Under the pieces are notes generated by a model. The model searched no databases. It had not been told where the DNA came from and worked only from the letters and a program-made list of their open reading frames with translations. Below are positions 26,298 to 32,000 of a stretch of 32,000 nucleotides of DNA, piece by piece. Location: NCBI GenBank assembly GCA_022646745.1, contig CP060262.1:1080001-1112000 (forward strand), given 5' to 3'. Both the position numbers and the translations under genes were made by a program. The number at the start of each line of letters is the position of its first letter. The stretch's first letter is position 1. The DNA is from Planctomycetales bacterium (GTDB lineage: Bacteria > 4484-113 > JAFGCY01).

Positions 26298-29200
26298 CAA
26301 TCAGTCACCTCGTTACGCAGCCCCATTGAACAGATAATCTGCGGTTCTTCATTCGGGCCTTCCGTTGGCAGGGAGCAAAGCCTGCCATCCTTGCGCAATG
26401 CAAGAACGGATTCCGCCAACTGGTGATCAGCAGCCTTAAGCCGCATCTGCCTGTTCAGGACATCCGTTGCATGGCCCGTCAAGGGATAGTTATAAATTTC
26501 CTGGATTGCTTCCTTGAGTGTTGTCAATTCCTCAGTACTGGCAAACAGGGAGTTCTTCTGTCTTTCAAGGTACCCGGACATTTTCTCATATGTCCGGTAG
26601 CGTGCACCCCGTGGGTTGCCAAGCTGGCCTCCCGCAAGCCTCGCCTGATCAGCAATCAGCAGTGCCCCCTGGGCGACCAGCTCATGGTGGTTTTCCAGTC
26701 TGCCTATGGCAGGCGTGGCCGCCGTACATTCGGCAATTTCAAGGATCCTGCTCTGGGACTCTGTCACGCTGTTTCCATTTTCATCCAACCACGCGAGGGC
26801 ATCCTGTCCCTCGCCGGTCCTCATGTAAAGCAATACTCCAGTGGGCGCATTCTCCCGCGGGTCATGCTGCTTAGTTGAATAGACCACGTTTGGCAGGGCA
26901 GGAATGATCTTCTTCAGCTTTGGATCAGCATCAGATGCATTCTTCCAGATCTGGTATGCACGTGATGTGAGATCAACGTCATCATCCTCCAGGTCATCCA
27001 GAGCAGATGACTTCTCGGTATAAAGGTCTCGCAGGTGCTGCTCAGGCATTGCATCCTCGAAGCCATATTCCTCATCAGTGCCAATAACCAGTGCATTTTC
27101 GCGAAGGCGGTTCTGCACCTTGCGCCGCAGCAGGATGATGTTCTCCACCCCTTCTGCCGGCAGGAAGGTGTAGCAGTAAATGCTGTCACTCTTCTGCCCG
27201 ATGCGATCAACACGGCCAGCCCGCTGTATCAGCCTGATGATTGCCCAGGGAATATCAAAGTTCACCACGATTGCGCAGTCCTGCAGGTTCTGTCCTTCGG
27301 ACAGGATGTCAGTTGTCAGCAGGACTCGGTGCTCATCCTCCGGCTTGATTCGATGCCTCTGCTCATTGCTGTCAGGGCTGAAGCGATATGCTGCCTCTGT
27401 GGGGTTGGAGGATGAACCAGTCACGCAGGCCAGCTTGTCAATTCCTGTGTCTGTCAGCTCGTTGTAAAGATACCTCACAGTATCTGCAAACTGAGAGAAT
27501 ACGAGGAACTTGGAACTTGGATGCTGCGCCAGCAGTGTCTTTAGTTCCTTTAGCTTGTTGTCCTTTGATGAGTCCCAGTTGCCAAACAACTCAAGCAGGC
27601 TGATGAGCGCTTCACAATCCTCAGAAAGATGCTCTGCAAGTTTCCCCGTCAGCAAGCTGCTGCGCAGCCACTTGTATCTCTTGCCAGTGCGGGACCGCAT
27701 CCAGTCATAATGCTGGCGAGCTAGATCCTTGAGTCCCGCTATTGCATCAGCAGTTTGCAGGTTCTCATCTGACTCGAACTCGGATTCGGAATCTTCATTG
27801 AGGAACTCGAGTTCGCCCTGGGCGCTGTCAACATCCTCGTCTGAATAGCGCGCATTCTGGATGCCTGCATCTAGGGTGCCGATGGGCACATCCAATCCGT
27901 TTTCGATCGCATATAGGAAAATGAAGTTTCGCAACAGGTGACTTCTAAGTGACAGTAAGAACACCTGTCCGCTGCTCTCCAGCCGCTTGAAAAGATTCGT
28001 ACGACAGAACCCGATAAGCCGCTGGCCAGCTTTGGTGAGATTTGCAAGCTGCTCCTTCTCTGAAGTAGTCGGTGCCTTGACAGGTACTTCATCGATGTAA
28101 CTTGCCAGGCCGTAGCGCGGCAGATGAAGCCGGTTTATCACCTTGACAACTTCATCGCTGTACATCAGTGCGTACTGATCAGTTTGGTCTTCATCATCAA
28201 CGGAAAACTTGATGGTCTTCGGAACTCGCTTGGGCAGGTAGAACCTGCGATCATCAGCGAATTCCATGTAATGGCGATCCTTCTGTTCGTCCAGCACTGC
28301 ATAGTTTGTCTTAATAAAAGAACGCGTGCGACGAACCATATACAGGCGCATCAGCTCCTGCCAGTCTTCCGTGTAGTCGCTGAGCATGAATGCCTTCAAA
28401 GTGTTTGGCTGGCATTGATGCTTGGCGGAAAAGACCGTCGCACTCATGGAGCGAAACAGTCTCTCGGGACGAAGTGTTAGTGCTTTTTCTGCATCAAGGA
28501 ACAGGTTGAGCTGGTTGCCAAGGTCCAGGAAGCACTTGTTGTATGGCGTAGCTGTCAGCAGAATGCACTTGCTGTCATTCTTGCCAATGTAATCCTGTAC
28601 GGTCTTGAATACCCGAGAGTCAGAGTTCCTCAGGTTGTGGCTCTCGTCGATAATCACTAGCCTGAAGCGCTTGAGATCCGGCAGCTCCTTGTTGACCATG
28701 CTCATTGACATCACCTGAGCATTGACAGCGAACTGTGTGCGGTAATCATTCCACATCGGTACAAGATTCTTTGGACAGATGATCAGAGTCTCATATGAGT
28801 AATCTTCCTGAATGACTTTTGCCAGTGCAGTTGCCATCAGGGTCTTGCCCAGTCCAACCACGTCCGCAAGCATGACGCCACCACGATTGATCAAGTGCCG
28901 AGCAGCAATCAATACCGCCTGCTCCTGGAAGGGCAGGAGTTTCCCCTGCATATCCTTGGGAATGGCAAAAGTTGCCAACCCTGCGCGTGCTTCCTGGGAA
29001 AGGTGGTACGCCATCTTGAGGTAGATATGATAAGGAGGCGGATCATCGGGACCAGCCCAGCTCTCCTCAATAATGTCAATCAGAGCTTGCGTGATGTCAA
29101 GGCTGCAGCGGTCATTCCAGCGTTCCTCAAACCAGTGGGCAAGTTTGTCCGCTGCATCGTTGTCAGTTACTTCCGTGTTCAATTCACCCTGAAGTGAAAG

Positions 29201-29704
29201 TCCGGACTTGGTCAGGTTGCTGCTGCCAAGGTAGCCTACCCTTGGCGTGATATTGTCATTTCTGTGGCATAGGTAAAGTTTCGCGTGCAGGCTATGCCTG
29301 AGGAATACCTTTACCTTTAGCTTTCCTGCGCGCAGCTGACCAACCAGCCGTTGCAGGCCAGCCTCGTCCTCTCCAGTGGGAATGCCAAACTCAAGTTGCT
29401 TGCGGAACTGCCTGGCTATTTCATCCTGCATTTCCTTAAGCTGCTTGTTATCCGGTGCTTCATGATCACCCTTGAGGGAATGCAGGCTGGCTTTCAGTTC
29501 ATCGTCAAGTGTGTAGCCCATCCCGACAAGCAGTCGGCAATAGTCGTTCTCTATGCCAGAGAATTTCTCGATTTCGGAGTCAATGATCTTCCAGCCACGA
29601 AGGTTAAAGTAACCAACGCTGAAGTCTGCCCTGTGAGAACCCTGTAGCGTTTCTCTTAGCGCAGGGGCTAATTCATTTTCTATGTTGTCGAAGATACGTG
29701 GCAA
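26297..29704 (-). CDS. Fusion protein: N-terminal PLD-family (single HKD) nuclease domain + SNF2-family helicase/ATPase + unassigned C-terminal domain
   Basis: 1135 aa. TTG start at 29704 with AAGAGG 6 nt upstream. PLD motif: LHAKLYLCH...GYLGSSNLT (aa 139-165). SNF2 motifs: LLPFQEQAV, DVVGLGKT (aa 281-288), IIDESHNLRN (351-360), LLTATPYNK, TTDILSEGQNLQDC, IQRAGRVDRIGQ (826-837). The stop TGA (26297-26299) overlaps the methyltransferase start. Confidence 0.92.
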   Translation of the reverse strand: MPRIFDNIENELAPALRETLQGSHRADFSVGYFNLRGWKIIDSEIEKFSGIENDYCRLLVGMGYTLDDELKASLHSLKGDHEAPDNKQLKEMQDEIARQFRKQLEFGIPTGEDEAGLQRLVGQLRAGKLKVKVFLRHSLHAKLYLCHRNDNITPRVGYLGSSNLTKSGLSLQGELNTEVTDNDAADKLAHWFEERWNDRCSLDITQALIDIIEESWAGPDDPPPYHIYLKMAYHLSQEARAGLATFAIPKDMQGKLLPFQEQAVLIAARHLINRGGVMLADVVGLGKTLMATALAKVIQEDYSYETLIICPKNLVPMWNDYRTQFAVNAQVMSMSMVNKELPDLKRFRLVIIDESHNLRNSDSRVFKTVQDYIGKNDSKCILLTATPYNKCFLDLGNQLNLFLDAEKALTLRPERLFRSMSATVFSAKHQCQPNTLKAFMLSDYTEDWQELMRLYMVRRTRSFIKTNYAVLDEQKDRHYMEFADDRRFYLPKRVPKTIKFSVDDEDQTDQYALMYSDEVVKVINRLHLPRYGLASYIDEVPVKAPTTSEKEQLANLTKAGQRLIGFCRTNLFKRLESSGQVFLLSLRSHLLRNFIFLYAIENGLDVPIGTLDAGIQNARYSDEDVDSAQGELEFLNEDSESEFESDENLQTADAIAGLKDLARQHYDWMRSRTGKRYKWLRSSLLTGKLAEHLSEDCEALISLLELFGNWDSSKDNKLKELKTLLAQHPSSKFLVFSQFADTVRYLYNELTDTGIDKLACVTGSSSNPTEAAYRFSPDSNEQRHRIKPEDEHRVLLTTDILSEGQNLQDCAIVVNFDIPWAIIRLIQRAGRVDRIGQKSDSIYCYTFLPAEGVENIILLRRKVQNRLRENALVIGTDEEYGFEDAMPEQHLRDLYTEKSSALDDLEDDDVDLTSRAYQIWKNASDADPKLKKIIPALPNVVYSTKQHDPRENAPTGVLLYMRTGEGQDALAWLDENGNSVTESQSRILEIAECTAATPAIGRLENHHELVAQGALLIADQARLAGGQLGNPRGARYRTYEKMSGYLERQKNSLFASTEELTTLKEAIQEIYNYPLTGHATDVLNRQMRLKAADHQLAESVLALRKDGRLCSLPTEGPNEEPQIICSMGLRNEVTD

Positions 29705-29851
29705 TTATTAGCCTCTTAACAACCCACCGGTTAGTTCCTCGGCGTTGGCATTTCGGGCCGTCGCCACTGGGAATTTATCATAGCATTAACAATCCCAGGC
29801 CGCTGGGCTCTGGGCTCGGGCCTGTCTTCCAACGTGTCGCAATTCCGGGGC

Positions 29852-29952
29852 GTAACGATACGTAGGCCCCAAACCTGCGGCCAGTGGCCTGTCGCATTTA
29901 TGCGATGTAACGATACAAAGGCCTGCTCCCTGCGGCCAGCGGCCTGTCTCAT
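29852..29952 (+). repeat. Tandem repeat with 55-nt period (two 46-nt cores, 37/46 identical), plus a partial earlier copy
   Basis: 29852-29897 is GTAACGATACGTAGGCCCCAAACCTGCGGCCAGTGGCCTGTCGCAT. 29907-29952 is GTAACGATACAAAGGCCTGCTCCCTGCGGCCAGCGGCCTGTCTCAT. GGGCCTGTCTTCC at 29818-29830 looks like the tail of a third unit. Palindrome TCGCATTTATGCGA at 29892-29905. Confidence 0.8.
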
Positions 29953-29977
29953 CCCTGTTCGACACTGATACCTTCTG

Positions 29978-30103
29978 AACACTGCCCACTGTTAACTGCT
30001 CACTGATTAACATCCCACATCCCCCATCCCGCATCCCGCTCCTGTCTCATCCCCTTCTCCCAACTGCGACCCCCTGATCCCCGGTCCCCGGTCCCAGGTC
30101 CCT
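29978..30103 (+). repeat. Three successive heptanucleotide arrays: (NNCACTG)x4, (ATCCCNN)x4, (GGTCCCN)x4
   Basis: 29978-30005: AACACTG CCCACTG TTAACTG CTCACTG. 30012-30039: ATCCCAC ATCCCCC ATCCCGC ATCCCGC. 30076-30103: GATCCCC GGTCCCC GGTCCCA GGTCCCT. Coordinates were cross-checked against flanking ORF-track boundaries. Confidence 0.9.
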
Positions 30104-30169
30104 GATTAACAACCGGTCCCCTGTACCAGTTGTCAGCAGAAAAACCCCGATTGTTGGGACATTTTCCGG

Positions 30170-30213
30170 CTGGAGGGGCTGCCGAGGGGGTCTGGAGGGG
30201 TGCTCAGGGGGGT
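30170..30213 (+). repeat. Tandem 22-nt G-rich repeat
   Basis: CTGGAGGGGCTGCCGAGGGGGT / CTGGAGGGGTGCTCAGGGGGGT. Five G4-G6 runs between 30174 and 30251. Confidence 0.85.
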
Positions 30214-30313
30214 CTCGCGACAGTTAGGTTAATAACGTCCGCAAAGGGGGGATCAGGCCCGATGGATACTGCCGATGCCGCCGGTGGCCGGGGATTAACT
30301 GTTAAAAGAGTAA

Positions 30314-30348
30314 CCAGTGGTCAGTGGTCAGTGGGCAGTAGGAACAGT
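30314..30348 (-). repeat. Heptanucleotide array in the opposite orientation (CCAGTGG TCAGTGG TCAGTGG GCAGTAG GAACAGT)
   Basis: This is the reverse complement of the CCACTGA/CTACTGC-type units seen elsewhere in the window. Confidence 0.9.
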
Positions 30349-30351
30349 TGA

Positions 30352-30441
30352 AATAGTATTGATAGTTTCAATAGTCAGATTTGAGAACGGACACTCCCGT
30401 GTACTCACTATTCGCACTATTCAGACTATCCAAACTATTCA
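30352..30441. repeat. Inverted pair of 9-nt-period arrays: (nATAGTnnn)x3 and (nACTATnCn)x4 around a 27-nt spacer
   Basis: 30352-30378: AATAGTATT GATAGTTTC AATAGTCAG. 30406-30441: CACTATTCG CACTATTCA GACTATCCA AACTATTCA. The hexamer cores are mutually complementary. The pair lies 44-133 nt upstream of the transporter start. Confidence 0.85.
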
Positions 30442-30484
30442 TACCTGGTCTCAAGTGCGTATGCGTGCCCGATAATTAAAGGAG

Positions 30485-32000
30485 GTGGATACAGCACCCA
30501 GAGCAGCGCAGACCAAAAACCAGTTCGGCACCTTCGCCGGGGTCTACGTGCCGTCCATCCTCACCATCCTCGGCGCGATCATGTTCATGCGCGCCAACTT
30601 CGTGACGGGCGAGGCCGGCATCATCGGCGCGCTGTCCATCCTGCTGTTAGCCAAGGCTGTATCAGTGCTCAGCGTGATCAGCGTCTCGGCGATCGCCACC
30701 AACATGACGGTGCGCGGCGGCGGGGCCTACTTCCTGATCTCGCGCTCGCTGGGGCCGGAATTCGGCGGCTCGATCGGCCTCGCGTACTTCCTCGCGCAGG
30801 CGCTGTCCATCCCGTTCTACATCCTCGGTTTCACCGAGGCGATGGCCTTCGCCCTGCCGCAGTACAGCGCCTGGAGCGCGGACATCGCCTATGCCGCGGC
30901 GGCGCTCCTGCTGGTCGTGGCCTGGGTCGGGGCCTCCTGGGCGATCCGCGTGCAGTACGTCGTGATGGGGGCGCTCGCGCTGTCGGTGGCGGCGATCTTC
31001 ATCACCGGCGGCATGCACTGGAGCGAGGCCACCTTCATGCACAACCTGGCGGCGAACTACACCCAGCACGTGGTGCCGACGCCCGAGGGGCAGGAGCCGC
31101 ACAACTTCTGGAGCATCTTCGCGATCTACTTCCCGGCGGTGACGGGCTTCCTGGCCGGCGTGAACATGTCCGGCGACCTGAAGGACCCCAGCCGCTCGAT
31201 CCCCAAGGGCTCGCTCCTGGCCGTGCTGACAGGCTTCATCGTGTACCTGCTGATCATCCTCGTGAACGGCGGCGCGTTCTCCCGCGAGCAGCTGATCAAC
31301 CAGCCGTTTGAGATCATGGGGCAGATGGCGCCCTTCGGCATGGGGGTGCTGATCGCGCTTGGGGTGGTGGCGGCCACGCTGTCGTCCGCGCTCGGCAGCT
31401 ACCTCGGAGCGCCGCGTATCCTGCAGGCGGTGGCGCGGGACAGGCTGCTGCCGTTCCTGAACCCCTTCGCCGGCGGATCGAAGAAGGGCGATGAGCCCCT
31501 GCCGGCGCTGGCGCTGACGGCGGTGATCACCTTCGGCGTGCTGTACTGGAGCTACAACATCGCCCAGGGGGACAGCTTCAACATCGTGGCAAGCGTGATC
31601 ACGATGTTCTTCCTTTATACATATGGCACGCTGAACCTGGCCGCCTTCACCGAGGCCTTCGGGCGCAACCCGAGCTTCCGCCCGCGCTTCAAGCAGTTCC
31701 ACTGGTCCACGGCACTCGTCGGCTTCCTGGCCTGCGGCGCGATCGCCTTCATCATCGACCCGCCGGCCGCCGTGGTGGCGGTGCTCGTGATCGGCGCGCT
31801 GTACTGGTACCTGCACCACCGCGAGCTCAGGGCCGCATTCGGTGATGCGCGGCGCGGCTTCATATATACAAATGTGCGCAACCAGCTGCTGCGCCTGCGC
31901 TCGATGCCGGCCGACCCGAAGAACTGGCGCCCGACGATCCTCGTGTTCACCGGCAACCCGAGCACGCGCGACTTCCTCGTGCGCTACGCCAACTGGCTGG
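30485..32000 (+). CDS. Cation-chloride-cotransporter (SLC12)-like amino acid/cation permease of the APC superfamily; 3' end lies outside the window
   Basis: Absent from the ORF track because it runs off the window. The frame is open from TAA 30473-30475 to base 32000. Signature strings: QFGTFAGVYVPSILTILGAIMFMRANFVTGEAG, GGGAYFLISRSLGPEFGGSIGLAYFLAQ, FPAVTGFLAGVNMSGDLKDPSRSIPKGSL, PKNWRPTILVF. The only in-frame start upstream of the conserved first TM is GTG 30485, which sits inside AAGGAGGTG, so the exact start is uncertain. Confidence 0.88.
   Translation, partial: MDTAPRAAQTKNQFGTFAGVYVPSILTILGAIMFMRANFVTGEAGIIGALSILLLAKAVSVLSVISVSAIATNMTVRGGGAYFLISRSLGPEFGGSIGLAYFLAQALSIPFYILGFTEAMAFALPQYSAWSADIAYAAAALLLVVAWVGASWAIRVQYVVMGALALSVAAIFITGGMHWSEATFMHNLAANYTQHVVPTPEGQEPHNFWSIFAIYFPAVTGFLAGVNMSGDLKDPSRSIPKGSLLAVLTGFIVYLLIILVNGGAFSREQLINQPFEIMGQMAPFGMGVLIALGVVAATLSSALGSYLGAPRILQAVARDRLLPFLNPFAGGSKKGDEPLPALALTAVITFGVLYWSYNIAQGDSFNIVASVITMFFLYTYGTLNLAAFTEAFGRNPSFRPRFKQFHWSTALVGFLACGAIAFIIDPPAAVVAVLVIGALYWYLHHRELRAAFGDARRGFIYTNVRNQLLRLRSMPADPKNWRPTILVFTGNPSTRDFLVRYANWL

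Larger units (their letters stand above)
22916..29730. other. Low-GC two-gene island, probably horizontally acquired (defence island without mobility genes)
   Basis: Spot GC counts on single 60-nt lines: about 33-35% (lines 23221, 23581, 24061), 45% (24241), 52-57% (25021, 25441) and 40-48% (27481, 28261), against about 65% in clpC (21001). Boundaries are approximate, by eye. Confidence 0.8.

Noticed and set aside
22938-29704. Assigning the two-gene island to DISARM class 1, BREX, type I, type III or type ISP
   Set aside because: - DISARM needs DrmA (helicase) and DrmB (DUF1998).
- BREX needs PglZ and BrxC.
- Type I needs HsdS and HsdR.
- Type III Res is a PD-(D/E)xK SF2 helicase, not PLD-SNF2.
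- Type ISP is a single polypeptide.

None of these partners is in the window, so I report only similarity of parts, not membership.
29731-30351. Small ORFs 29731..29982 (-), 29786..30034 (-) and 30130..30351 (+) in the island's right flank
   Set aside because: They use non-ATG starts, are built from the tandem-repeat DNA itself (their translations mirror the repeats), and have no motifs or SD. I treat them as non-coding.
29797-30441. Possible CRISPR array, given the many direct repeats
   Set aside because: Units are 7, 9, 22 or 55 nt long and directly tandem or nearly so. There are no unique 25-40-nt spacers, no conserved 24-40-nt repeat, and no cas genes in the window.
22526-30484. tRNA gene, integrase or att-type direct repeats marking the island borders
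   Set aside because: I read both flanks on both strands. There is no cloverleaf-like GTTCGAATC/T-loop context, no recombinase ORF, and no sequence of 12 nt or more shared between the left (22.9 kb) and right (29.7 kb) edges. This cannot be excluded without a proper tRNA or repeat scan.
30662-31819. 385-aa minus-strand ORF at the right end
   Set aside because: It is antisense to the transporter frame, which carries unmistakable SLC12/APC signatures. Its translation is Arg/His/Asp/Gly-rich with no motifs.

Overview
This is a 32-kb stretch of a high-GC bacterial chromosome. Hand counts on single 60-nt lines give about 65% GC in the flanks. I can support 17 protein-coding genes. I found no rRNA, tRNA, CRISPR array or mobility gene, but the intergenic DNA carries an unusually rich set of short repeats.

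Gene order, left to right:
- A ZnuC/ZnuB-like metal ABC transporter, 5' truncated.
- A lower-GC four-helix-bundle (23S-rRNA-IVS family) gene bracketed by inverted 24-nt repeats.
- A secreted Met/His-rich low-complexity protein, translationally coupled to cytidine deaminase.
- A degenerate transglutaminase-like exported protein.
- A roughly 14-kb block of exported or surface proteins: an FN3 + PQQ-like propeller lipoprotein, a papain-family C1 peptidase with PPC and FN3 modules, a small lipoprotein, a membrane-anchored PQQ-like propeller, and two tandem ~1100-aa paralogues with dockerin-like repeats, PKD arrays and Asp-box C-termini.
- A ClpC-type AAA+ unfoldase.
- A 3'-truncated SLC12/APC-type transporter at the right edge.

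The standout is a ~6.8-kb low-GC island at about 22.9-29.7 kb (spot counts 33-57% GC), wedged between clpC and the transporter. It carries only two translationally coupled minus-strand genes:
- A 1135-aa fusion of a single-HKD phospholipase-D-type nuclease domain with an SNF2-family ATPase.
- A ~1119-aa MmeI/PglX-type gamma-class N6-adenine DNA methyltransferase with its own C-terminal specificity region.

No DrmA/DrmB, PglZ/BrxC, HsdR/HsdS/Res or integrase genes accompany them in the window. The pair therefore does not fit canonical DISARM, BREX or type I/III layouts. It is my best candidate for an undescribed ATP-dependent restriction/defence module.

Secondary curiosities:
- Heptanucleotide tandem arrays abut gene ends throughout the window.
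- A 780-bp microsatellite patchwork lies on the right flank of the island.
- A 69-nt direct repeat, one copy holding a perfect 18-bp palindrome, lies on its left flank in the clpC leader.

All family assignments are by-eye motif recognition. No searches were run.
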